In this document: piece by piece, positions 1 to 7,900 of the stretch | How positions within the stretch are numbered: position 1 is the stretch's first letter | How the letters are laid out: every line of letters begins with the position of its first letter | Source of the DNA: Thermodesulfovibrionales bacterium | Lineage (GTDB): Bacteria; Nitrospirota; Thermodesulfovibrionia; Thermodesulfovibrionales; UBA9159 | Assembly: GCA_919901585.1 (NCBI GenBank) | Contig: CAKKPH010000052.1 | Coordinates: 1-39,414 of the forward strand | DNA length: 39,414 nt | Reading direction: 5' to 3' | Translations under genes and position numbers: made by a program | Notes under the pieces: generated by a model | Seen by the model: only the letters and a program-made list of their open reading frames with translations | Database searches by the model: none | Told to the model about the DNA's origin: nothing

Positions 1-57
1 ATTTTGCTCTGGTGAATAACAATGCGGTTGTCCATATAGCAGCGTTTGCAGGTGATG

Positions 58-63
58 TATAAT
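58..63 (+). promoter_or_regulatory. TATAAT -10-like hexamer 5 nt upstream of the ATG of the radical SAM gene, suggesting a possible leaderless transcript
   Basis: A perfect TATAAT lies at 58-63 and the ATG at 69, with no Shine-Dalgarno between them. The -35 region is poor (TATAGC). Only 68 nt of upstream context is visible. Confidence 0.25.
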
Positions 64-68
64 ACTAC

Positions 69-977
69 ATGCATACCCTACCGGTCCGTTTTAATCTATC
101 CAAAGAGAAAATCTGGAAAAAGGTCAGGATTGCTGAAGATATACTCAAAAACTGCACTCTATGCCCTCACGAATGCAAGGTTGACAGGACATCAGGCAAG
201 ACCGGCATCTGTAAAGTCGGCGAGAAGCCTTATGTCAATAGCTGGGGCCCGCACTTTGGCGAGGAGCGGCCGCTTGTCGGCAGGTTCGGTTCAGGTACGA
301 TATTCTTCAGCCAGTGCAACCTTAGATGCTTGTTCTGCCAGAACTGGAGAATAAGCCATCTTGGCGAGGGCGATTTAATCACTGTCGAAAGGCTTGCGCA
401 GATAATGATGGAGGTGCAGGGGATGGGATGCCATAATATAAACCTCGTGACACCGACCCACCAGATGCCGATGATAATCCACGCAATCGCCATCGCTGCA
501 GATATGGGATTAGACATACCAATTGTTTATAATTGCGGTGGCTATGAGTCAATCGAGGCACTAAAAATCCTTGATGGAGTCGTAGATATCTACATGCCTG
601 ACTTCAAGTATTCTGATCCGGAGATGTCTCTAAAATACTCAAAGGCAAAAGACTATCCGGAGAAGGCTATGGCTGCAATCAGGGAGATGCACAGGCAGGT
701 CGGGGACCTGATTATTGATAAAAGAGGTATTGGTGTGCAGGGCCTGCTTGTGAGGCATCTTGTGCTTCCTGATGGTGTTGCTGGGACAGGAGAGGTTGTG
801 CGGTTCATTGCAGAGGAGATTTCAAAAGACACCTGCATTAACATCATGGACCAGTACCATCCATGCTATAAGGCATTAGAACATCCGCCCCTTGACAGGA
901 GGATAACGGACAGGGAATATGCCGGGGCGATAAAGATGGCGCTTGATGAGAGGCTTGCGGCCCATGCGAGTGGGTGA
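69..977 (+). CDS. Radical SAM protein, PflX-like (related to pyruvate formate-lyase activating enzymes)
   Basis: 302-aa ORF with the canonical CxxxCxxC motif (CNLRCLFC) and an N-terminal Cys cluster (CTLCPHECKVDR...GICK) typical of the PflX group. Confidence 0.85.
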   Translation: MHTLPVRFNLSKEKIWKKVRIAEDILKNCTLCPHECKVDRTSGKTGICKVGEKPYVNSWGPHFGEERPLVGRFGSGTIFFSQCNLRCLFCQNWRISHLGEGDLITVERLAQIMMEVQGMGCHNINLVTPTHQMPMIIHAIAIAADMGLDIPIVYNCGGYESIEALKILDGVVDIYMPDFKYSDPEMSLKYSKAKDYPEKAMAAIREMHRQVGDLIIDKRGIGVQGLLVRHLVLPDGVAGTGEVVRFIAEEISKDTCINIMDQYHPCYKALEHPPLDRRITDREYAGAIKMALDERLAAHASG

Positions 978-1120
978 GGTCTTTAATCTTGCTGTCAAGA
1001 TGGTATCAGAGACGATGTCTTTATGTGAGAAGGAGGGTTTGTCATTTGAGAATAGTCATCAATGCAAAAAAAGAAAAGGACATTAATAACCTAAAGCAAT
1101 ACCCATAAGCGATACCTGAC

Positions 1121-1149
1121 TTTACAGTAAATGCGATTTTCCTTATAAT
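1121..1149 (+). promoter_or_regulatory. Sigma70-type promoter for the gsp operon (TTTACA-N17-TATAAT)
   Basis: TTTACA at 1121-1126, a 17-nt spacer, then TATAAT at 1144-1149. It sits about 30 nt upstream of the gspG ATG, which has an AAGGAG SD at 1172-1177. Confidence 0.55.
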
Positions 1150-1180
1150 CATATAAACAAAATCGGCGATTAAGGAGAAT

Positions 1181-1615
1181 ATGGGAAGATCAGACAGCAG
1201 GGGTTTTACTCTCCTCGAGATATTAGTGGTAGTATTTATCCTCAGTCTCCTTGTTGCTATTGTTGCCCCGAGGATTATAGGACGGACTGACGATGCGCGC
1301 ATTGTAGAGGCAAAGGTGCAGATAAGGAATTTTGAGACAGCCCTCAAGCTCTTCAGAATGGACAGCGGCTTCTATCCTGATACGCAGCAGGGGCTTGAGG
1401 CGCTTATAACAAAGCCTGCTGCCGGCAGGGTGCCTCAGAACTACAGGGAGGGAGGGTATCTCGAACAAAAAAAGATACCGCTTGACCCCTGGGGCAATCC
1501 TTATGTGTATGTATCACCGGGCCTTCAGGGTGATTATGACATCCTGAGTTATGGCGCAGACGGGAAAGAGGGCGGCAGCGGGAAGGACGCCGACATAAAG
1601 AGCTGGGAACTTTAG
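1181..1615 (+). CDS. gspG: Type II secretion major pseudopilin GspG
   Basis: Prepilin leader MGRSDSRG|FTLLEILVV with Glu+5 and a hydrophobic helix. The C-terminal region carries GspG-type motifs (PWGNPYVY, YGADGKEGG..DADI.SW). Confidence 0.93.
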   Translation: MGRSDSRGFTLLEILVVVFILSLLVAIVAPRIIGRTDDARIVEAKVQIRNFETALKLFRMDSGFYPDTQQGLEALITKPAAGRVPQNYREGGYLEQKKIPLDPWGNPYVYVSPGLQGDYDILSYGADGKEGGSGKDADIKSWEL

Positions 1616-2088
1616 TGATCGCTGACTATGGAAAAGGCAGGAGACTGTACAGAAACGGTTTTACGCTTATAGAGCTGATCGTCGTGATATTTGTGGTCTC
1701 GCTGCTGCTTGCTGTTTCCCTTCCTTCATTCACTTATATCGGCATGAATACACTAAAGTCAGATGCAAGGAGGGTTGCGTCCATCCTGAGATACCTCAAC
1801 GAGACGGCAATAACTACTAAAGAAAAATTATACCTAAGAATAATTTTTAAAGACAGGCTTTTTGTATACAACGATGGGGAAGGAGAAAAGAGAGAGGTTT
1901 TCAGAGACCTTTCAGGTGTTGAGCTTCAATCAAAAGGCAAGGCAGGGGATGGAGAGGTCACAATATTCTTCGGCACATCAGGCGCATTCGAAAGCTTCAG
2001 GATTTATCTCAAGGAGGGGAAAGATATCTGGACAATTGCCCTTAATAATTTGAGCGGAAGGGTCAGCGTTGTCAAAGATGAGAAATAA
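1615..2088 (+). CDS. gspH: Type II secretion minor pseudopilin, GspH-like
   Basis: GTG start overlaps the gspG stop (TAGTG). Prepilin motif NG|FTLIELIVVIFVV. Size (157 aa) and position after gspG fit GspH. Confidence 0.75.
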   Translation: MIADYGKGRRLYRNGFTLIELIVVIFVVSLLLAVSLPSFTYIGMNTLKSDARRVASILRYLNETAITTKEKLYLRIIFKDRLFVYNDGEGEKREVFRDLSGVELQSKGKAGDGEVTIFFGTSGAFESFRIYLKEGKDIWTIALNNLSGRVSVVKDEK

Positions 2089-2461
2089 AGAACCTGCAAT
2101 ATTCAGCCGGCACCCGGCACCCGGCGCCCAATCCGGTTTTACTCTCCTTGAGGTTATGATAAGTATAGCTATTATCGGCGCATTGCTTGTCACCCTCATA
2201 TATACGCTTAATTACCACCTCGGTATTGCTGAAAGGCATTCAACAGTCACCCTGGCAACAATTCTCGCAAAGGAAAAGATATACGAAATGGAGAACTCGC
2301 CTAAGGAGGGCAAGGGTTTTTTCCCTGAGCCCTATGCGGATTATTACTATGAAACGTCGGTGGCTTCTTCATCTTTTCCGGGCATGTCTGCAATAGATGT
2401 CATGGTTAGAAAAGGGAAAGAGGAAATAAGGCTCTCTGAGCTCATTCTGAAGGCACAATGA
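2069..2461 (+). CDS. gspI: Type II secretion minor pseudopilin, GspI-like
   Basis: Prepilin motif SG|FTLLEVMISIAIIG. About 130 aa, third in the pseudopilin series. The start is TTG at 2069 or ATG at 2078, and both overlap the end of gspH. The leader is unusually long, about 19-22 aa. Confidence 0.75.
   Translation: MSKMRNKEPAIFSRHPAPGAQSGFTLLEVMISIAIIGALLVTLIYTLNYHLGIAERHSTVTLATILAKEKIYEMENSPKEGKGFFPEPYADYYYETSVASSSFPGMSAIDVMVRKGKEEIRLSELILKAQ
2107..2127. repeat. Heptanucleotide tandem repeat (CCGGCAC x2 + CCGGCGC) inside the gspI leader-peptide codons
   Basis: Read directly: ccggcac ccggcac ccggcgc. It encodes RHPAPGA, immediately upstream of the G|FTLLE cleavage motif. Confidence 0.8.
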
Positions 2462-3123
2462 GCCCTGTCTGCGAACTGCGAACTGCGAACTGCGAACTGC
2501 GAAGCGGCGGTTTCACCCTCATAGAGGTCCTTACTGCGTTGGCGATTATTTCGATAGTATTAACAGCGCTTTACACGACGTTTCTGCTGTCACATAAGGC
2601 TGTTGATGCAATGGAGGATTCTGTGCTCAGGCTTCAGGAGATGCGAAATGTTATGGATATAATAAGAAAAGAGTTAGAATCATCGTACTATTCTGAAGAG
2701 AGTTCATACACCATTTTCAGGACTGAGGACAGGGACTCCTACGGGAGGCAGGCTTCCAGGCTCACCTTCACTTCATATTCGCCCTTAAGGCCGGCAATTT
2801 CGAGGATAACTTATATGGTCGAAGACGAGAAAGGAAGGCTTGTACTTAAAAAGGTAATGGGGTCGCCGCTTAATAAAAATCCGGAAGAGACCGCTCTTGA
2901 TCTGATCGAGGGCATTGGGTCCTTCAGCATTGAGGTAAGGCAGGACAACAAATGGCTTAAGACCTGGGATACAGGCCTTACAAAGAAGATGCCTGATGAG
3001 ATACGGGTCTCTCTGAGAATATCCATGAAAGGACTTGAGACAGGTAAAGGCAAGGCAGGGCTGAGTACGGACAGTGTTGTAATCTCAGAGATTATAAGGC
3101 CGATGATAGGCAAGGCATTATGA
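2458..3123 (+). CDS. gspJ: Type II secretion minor pseudopilin, GspJ-like
   Basis: ATGA overlap with the gspI stop. Prepilin motif GG|FTLIEVLTALAIISIVL. Size (221 aa) and position fit GspJ. The 17-aa leader contains a repeat. Confidence 0.75.
   Translation: MSPVCELRTANCELRSGGFTLIEVLTALAIISIVLTALYTTFLLSHKAVDAMEDSVLRLQEMRNVMDIIRKELESSYYSEESSYTIFRTEDRDSYGRQASRLTFTSYSPLRPAISRITYMVEDEKGRLVLKKVMGSPLNKNPEETALDLIEGIGSFSIEVRQDNKWLKTWDTGLTKKMPDEIRVSLRISMKGLETGKGKAGLSTDSVVISEIIRPMIGKAL
2470..2503. repeat. Heptanucleotide tandem repeat (TGCGAAC) x4.9 inside the gspJ leader-peptide codons
   Basis: Read directly: tgcgaac tgcgaac tgcgaac tgcgaac tgcgaa. It encodes CELRTANCELRS, just upstream of the GG|FTLIE cleavage motif. 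Confidence 0.95.
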
Positions 3124-4040
3124 TGAACAAGAGGCTGCTGAAAACAGAAAAGGGGATGGCGCTGGTTATTACACTTGTGATATTGGTGATACTCACTGCT
3201 ATGGTCACAGAGTTCTCCTATGGTGTTTACACCTCAACCGCATCACTCGGAAACTGGAAGGAATCACAGAGGCTTTCGCTGATTGCACGCTCAGGGGTGA
3301 GGCTTTCGGTAAAGACTGTCTCTGACCTTTATCAGCTTTACTCATACACATATCCGGGCAGGGTCGACCTGCCTGTTGAGAATATAGTCGGGGGCTTTGA
3401 CGGCAGTCTTGTGATTACTGTAGAGGATGAGAATTCGAGGTTCAATCTGAACTCACTCGTCTTCCAGAACGGCACTCTCAACAGCGAGGCATATACGGTA
3501 TTCAGGAGACTTTTAAGAAACCTCGGACTTGAGGAGAACATCTCAGACATACTGGCTGACTGGATGGACAGGGACAGCGCTCCGAGGGCCGGGGCTACAG
3601 AAGAATCAGCAAAGAACTCTCACATTGACAGTAGTGATGAGCTGCTGACGATCAGGGGGATAAGTCCTGATACATATGAGAGGCTCTTGCCTTACATAAC
3701 CGTTTACGGTTATCTCCGGAGGGATTCAGCCCTCATTAATGTCAATACAGCTACAATCCCTGTTATAATGTCAATCGACGACAGGATAACAACGGATCTT
3801 GCAGAGAGGGTCGTAAGGTACAGGGAGATAGAGCCATTTAGGAAGACGAGCGATCTGGTTAAGGTGGCAGGCTTCGAAGGTTCACTGGGTCAGTCGTTAA
3901 TGAGCAAGATTATTGTGAAGGCATCGAATTACCGTATAAGGGCGTCTGCAGAGAATAATAAGATTAAGAGGGTAATAGATGCTGTAGTAGAGATAAAAGG
4001 CAGCGATAATAATCTGGTAAGGTACTGGAAGGAGATATAA
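3120..4040 (+). CDS. gspK: Type II secretion minor pseudopilin GspK
   Basis: ATGA overlap with gspJ. N-terminal hydrophobic segment (GMALVITLVILVILTAM), 306 aa, and the GspK-typical LINVNTA helix-hairpin-helix-like motif. Confidence 0.85.
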   Translation: MMNKRLLKTEKGMALVITLVILVILTAMVTEFSYGVYTSTASLGNWKESQRLSLIARSGVRLSVKTVSDLYQLYSYTYPGRVDLPVENIVGGFDGSLVITVEDENSRFNLNSLVFQNGTLNSEAYTVFRRLLRNLGLEENISDILADWMDRDSAPRAGATEESAKNSHIDSSDELLTIRGISPDTYERLLPYITVYGYLRRDSALINVNTATIPVIMSIDDRITTDLAERVVRYREIEPFRKTSDLVKVAGFEGSLGQSLMSKIIVKASNYRIRASAENNKIKRVIDAVVEIKGSDNNLVRYWKEI

Positions 4041-4077
4041 CAGCACTGCAAACTCTCCGGGAAACGAGAATTGAGAT

Positions 4078-5145
4078 ATGAGAAAAATATGTTTTATTGA
4101 CATGCCTCAATCGTTGGATGCCGGATCTGAGACCCTCAGCTTCTATGTCTTCAGAAGAGAGGCCGGAGGTTTTGAGCTTGACAGGGAACTAAAGGAGATG
4201 ACTCCTGCCCTTTGCCGCTCCGAGCTTGCAGGCGTTGAGGAGTTCTATCTCAACATTCCCCTAAGCTCTCTCGGCTTCAGGATAGTGGAACTGCCCTTTA
4301 CGGACAAGGAGAAGATAAGGAAGGTCATACCAATTGAGCTTGAGGGTATGGTGCTGTCCGGTCAGGGAGAGCTCGTATTTGATGTCGTCATCCTTGACGG
4401 CCATCGCGTGCTTGTTGTCTTTCTCGAGGCAAAGAGATTGAAGGATGTGATAACAGAGTTTAATTCATTAGGCATTGATCCCTGTGTAATAACTTCATAT
4501 GGCTTAAGATCAGCTCTGAAAAGGGGGGGTAATGATATTGCCGGCTATCTCATGGCGCCGGATGAATTGAGCCGTGATGAGAGGCTGGATGCTATGAAGG
4601 AGGAGGTCAAGGCCCCTGCAATAAACCTCAGGACAGGGCCTCTTGCCTATACGAAAGATGCAGAAGGCATAAGGAAGAAGCTCAGGGTGACTGCATCTCT
4701 TGCCCTGATAGTTGCGCTTATGCTTAATGGGTTTCTGCTCTACAGGATTATGACCTACAAGAAAGAGGCATCAGCCATACGCAGTGAGATTAGGTCCATA
4801 TACACAGCCCTCTTCCCTGAGGACAAGAGGATCAGCGATGAGCTCTACCAGATGAGGTCCCATATAAAGAGCGCAAAAGAGAGGGCAGACACCTTTGGAG
4901 GGGTCCAGGCACTCCACTTCCTTAAGGAGGTTTCAAAGAGGATGGTGGGAGGCATTGTATTCAGCGAGATCAGCATCAGCAGCGAGACGGTAACAATGAA
5001 GGGTGAGACAGCATCTATGGAGAGCTTAGGCAAGGCCAAAGAGACCCTCTCTGCGCTTATGACTGATATAAATATAAGTGATCTGAAAAACTCTGTTGAA
5101 GGGAAGACAGTCTTCACGCTTACAGGAAGGCTGCGTATATCATGA
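4078..5145 (+). CDS. GspL-like type II secretion assembly protein (bitopic; assigned by topology and position)
   Basis: 355 aa: an approximately 200-aa cytoplasmic domain, a single TM (ASLALIVALMLNGFLLYRI) and an approximately 130-aa periplasmic domain. It follows gspK. No diagnostic motif was recognised. Confidence 0.6.
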   Translation: MRKICFIDMPQSLDAGSETLSFYVFRREAGGFELDRELKEMTPALCRSELAGVEEFYLNIPLSSLGFRIVELPFTDKEKIRKVIPIELEGMVLSGQGELVFDVVILDGHRVLVVFLEAKRLKDVITEFNSLGIDPCVITSYGLRSALKRGGNDIAGYLMAPDELSRDERLDAMKEEVKAPAINLRTGPLAYTKDAEGIRKKLRVTASLALIVALMLNGFLLYRIMTYKKEASAIRSEIRSIYTALFPEDKRISDELYQMRSHIKSAKERADTFGGVQALHFLKEVSKRMVGGIVFSEISISSETVTMKGETASMESLGKAKETLSALMTDINISDLKNSVEGKTVFTLTGRLRIS

Positions 5146-5672
5146 ACTCAGGCAGCATTATATCATGGATAAAAACCGGTGACCGGAAAAAGGGGCTTGT
5201 CTTCTCAGTATTGATACTTGCCCTGTTTATCCTCGCAGTCCCAGCATTTATGTTTGAGCGGAAGGCATTGAAAGATATGGAACTCCATAAGGCGCGTCTT
5301 AAGGAGGCGGGGCTATTAAGCATTGAATACAGGATACTTAAAGAACGCATTGACAGTTTTGAGAAGAGGAAGGCCATAACGAAAACAGAAGGGATAATGC
5401 AGGCAGCCGGTAACTTAATGTCTTTGTCCGGCATAAGGGATAAAGTCAAATCAGTCAAGACAGCAGGCAATAAAATGATAACCAACGGAACTGAAGAGAG
5501 AGCTGAAGTCCGTCTCGAAAAATTGAGCCTGAACGAGGTGGTTAATATACTCTACAGGGCAGAAAGCCCTGCCATGACACTCTCTGTCAAACAGATATCA
5601 ATAAAAAAATCATTCGAAAAGCCGGACCTCCTCGATCTAAATATGACACTGTCGCTATTCATGCTGAAATGA
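5142..5672 (+). CDS. GspM-like type II secretion protein (N-terminal TM anchor; assigned by topology and position)
   Basis: ATGA overlap with the preceding gene. 176 aa with one N-terminal TM (LVFSVLILALFILAVPAFMF). Confidence 0.55.
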   Translation: MNSGSIISWIKTGDRKKGLVFSVLILALFILAVPAFMFERKALKDMELHKARLKEAGLLSIEYRILKERIDSFEKRKAITKTEGIMQAAGNLMSLSGIRDKVKSVKTAGNKMITNGTEERAEVRLEKLSLNEVVNILYRAESPAMTLSVKQISIKKSFEKPDLLDLNMTLSLFMLK

Positions 5673-6487
5673 GAGTCCTTGCCGGCATCATCATACTGCT
5701 TGTACTGTTTTTCGGCGTATGGCATATCGTATTGCATGAGGGCCTTATTACCGGAACCATAGAGGATTCCCTGAGCAATGGAGGTATCAAGATCAGGCTT
5801 GAGGGTTTTAAAAAGGGGTTTCTCTATAGCCTTAAGGCTGAAAAGGCATATCTATACAAGAAACAAGGTCTCGGGTCCGGGAAGCAGCCGAATGCTGTTA
5901 CCAACAAGGGACACCTGCTCATGTTAGAGCAGGTTGATATTAGGCTCGATCTTTTATCCCTGCTCAAGCTGAGCCCTGAATTGTCCCTTAAGTGCCGCCT
6001 TAACAACGGTACGGTTGACGGCAGGTTGAGCCTGTCAGATACAAGCAGTTCCCTCATCTATTTCAACGGTGTCAGCATGAGCGGGCTGCCTCTGTTCGAG
6101 AAGAACGGCATCAGAGGAGACGGCAGTCTTTCCGCAAACCTCGTCTTCTCCGGTAACAGCGGGTTAATGAAGTTTTCAGTAGATAATGCAAAACTCCAGA
6201 GAACTACATTAGGGGTTGTTATGCTGCCCCTTGATATATTCAGCAAAATGCACGGCACTATGACGGCAGATAGTGAGATAGCAGATATCAAGTCTTTTAT
6301 ACTTGAAGGACAAGGGGTATATTCACGCATAAGCGGCAAGATAACGGGCAAGGAGCTTGATATCACAATTGAGCTGATGATCGATTCGGATTTTAAGACA
6401 GAAGAACCGTTGTTCAACCTGCTGGAGCAGTTCAAAACCTCGCCCGGATACTACACAATTCCGGTAAAGGCGCCGGTCAATCTCTGA
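5669..6487 (+). CDS. GspN-like type II secretion protein (N-terminal TM anchor; assigned by topology and position)
   Basis: ATGA overlap with the preceding gene. 272 aa with an N-terminal TM (VLAGIIILLVLFFGVWHIVL). It is the last gene of the co-oriented cluster. Confidence 0.5.
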   Translation: MRVLAGIIILLVLFFGVWHIVLHEGLITGTIEDSLSNGGIKIRLEGFKKGFLYSLKAEKAYLYKKQGLGSGKQPNAVTNKGHLLMLEQVDIRLDLLSLLKLSPELSLKCRLNNGTVDGRLSLSDTSSSLIYFNGVSMSGLPLFEKNGIRGDGSLSANLVFSGNSGLMKFSVDNAKLQRTTLGVVMLPLDIFSKMHGTMTADSEIADIKSFILEGQGVYSRISGKITGKELDITIELMIDSDFKTEEPLFNLLEQFKTSPGYYTIPVKAPVNL

Positions 6488-7190
6488 GCAGATATTTTGT
6501 AAGGATATCTGTATCGAGATGCCTTGACGCTGCCTCCCTTATATTCTCATAGTCCGGTGGTTCAAGGTGGGGGAATAGTCCGATGACAGGCACAGGGCTC
6601 ATCTGCCTTATTATTTCAGGGTTGGTCCTTTCAGCAATACTGTTATCAGGAGGCATGCAGAAGTTTATGGCTATCCCTGCAACCGCTAAGCCTTCCTTTA
6701 GTGCATATCTTACGGTAAGCAGGGAATGGTTTATAGCGCCGAGGGATGGTCTTGTTACCACGATTGCAGGAAGACCTAAATCCCTTATGAGGTCTGACAT
6801 AAAATAATTCCTCTTTACAGGAACGAGTATGCCGCCGGCCCCTTCAACAACCACTGCCCCGTATTTTACGGCGAGTCCTGTAAACGCTGATATCACAGTG
6901 CTTAGATCAATATCAATACCTTCCATTTCTGATGCAACAAGCGGTGCTGCAGGTGTCTCAAAGCAGTAGGGAGTAATATGGCTTATGTCCTCATCCATTT
7001 CTGAGATGCCCTTGATAAACAGGCCGTCTGCAGGGATTAGCCTGTCACCTTGCCTCCTGCATCCTGTCTCAAAAGGCTTCATGCCGCAAGTGTTTATCCC
7101 GCAGGCCTTCAATGCGCTTATTACGGCACCTGTTATGATAGTCTTGCCAACACCGGTGTCAGTGCCGGTTATAAAAAAACCCTTTGCCAT
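6477..7190 (-). CDS. bioD: Dethiobiotin synthetase
   Basis: N-terminal GFFITGTDTGVGKT P-loop typical of BioD. 237 aa. The ATG overlaps the stop of the upstream SDR gene (TAATG). Confidence 0.92.
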   Translation of the reverse strand: MAKGFFITGTDTGVGKTIITGAVISALKACGINTCGMKPFETGCRRQGDRLIPADGLFIKGISEMDEDISHITPYCFETPAAPLVASEMEGIDIDLSTVISAFTGLAVKYGAVVVEGAGGILVPVKRNYFMSDLIRDLGLPAIVVTRPSLGAINHSLLTVRYALKEGLAVAGIAINFCMPPDNSIAERTNPEIIRQMSPVPVIGLFPHLEPPDYENIREAASRHLDTDILTKYLLRD

Positions 7191-7900
7191 TATATCCTCC
7201 CATCGAGATTAAAGACCTGACCTGTAATGTTGGAGGTTGTGAGCAGGTATGATATGAATTGCGCAATGTCCTGAGGCTCTGAGAGCTTTTTGAGAAGGCT
7301 TTCTTCGGATGCCTTTTTCATTGCGTCCATAGCGTTCAAGCCCATATCTGTCGGCATATAGCCGGGCAGCAGTGCATTCACCCTGATATTGTATTCTGCG
7401 AGCTCCCTGGCCAGGGTATATGTAAGACCGAGCAGGGCTGCCTTTGATGCGCTGTAGGCAGACTGGCCTGCCTTGCCCTTCAGTCCTGAATAAGAGGATA
7501 TATTTACGATCTGTCCGCCGCCTGCCTTTATCATGAGAGGCACAAACGCCTTTGTTGTATTAAAACAGCCCTTGAGGTTTGTATTAACCACTTCGTCCCA
7601 ATCCTCCTCACGGTATTTAATCAGCAGCCCGTCTCTTGCTATGCCGGCATTGTTAATGACAGCATCTATCCTGCCCCACCTGTTCGAGATAATGCCTGCC
7701 ATTGTCTCGACCTCCCGCAGGATACCGACATCTGCCTTTAGTGCAATAGCCGGCTCACCCAAGGCGAGGACAACGTCTGAGGCCTCCTTTTCTGAATGGA
7801 TGTAATTGAGGGCTATCCTGTAGCCTTGCCTGCCGAGCGCAAGCGCTATCTCTCTGCCGAGCCCTCTTGAGGCTCCGGTAACAACCGCAACTCCATGCAT
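7190..7900 (-). CDS. fabG: Short-chain dehydrogenase/reductase, 3-oxoacyl-ACP reductase (FabG)-like
   Basis: Contains VTGASRGLG (TGxxxGxG), NNAG, and S...YxxxK (YSASKAA). The ORF extends to 7963, but the ATG at 7900 has a GGAGG SD 6 nt upstream and gives the normal SDR N-terminus. Confidence 0.85.
   Translation of the reverse strand: MHGVAVVTGASRGLGREIALALGRQGYRIALNYIHSEKEASDVVLALGEPAIALKADVGILREVETMAGIISNRWGRIDAVINNAGIARDGLLIKYREEDWDEVVNTNLKGCFNTTKAFVPLMIKAGGGQIVNISSYSGLKGKAGQSAYSASKAALLGLTYTLARELAEYNIRVNALLPGYMPTDMGLNAMDAMKKASEESLLKKLSEPQDIAQFISYLLTTSNITGQVFNLDGRI

Noticed and set aside
986-1001. ATCTTG-CTGT-CAAGAT hairpin after the radical SAM gene as an intrinsic terminator.
   Set aside because: The stem is only 6 bp and A/T-rich, and no U-tract follows it. 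That is insufficient to call a terminator.
1042-1347. 101-aa minus-strand ORF across the gspG promoter and 5' end.
   Set aside because: It overlaps the strongly supported gspG start and its promoter, and shows no motif. It is most likely spurious.
2253-2269. TGGCAA-N-CGCA sigma-54-like sequence inside gspI.
   Set aside because: The GG/GC spacing is wrong by 1 nt, it lies within coding sequence, and there is no downstream gene start to serve.
2470-2503. Possibility that the short tandem repeats (here and at 18247-18282) are CRISPR or minisatellite arrays.
   Set aside because: The units are 7 and 12 nt with no spacers. This is far too short for CRISPR repeats, so they are treated as simple tandem repeats.
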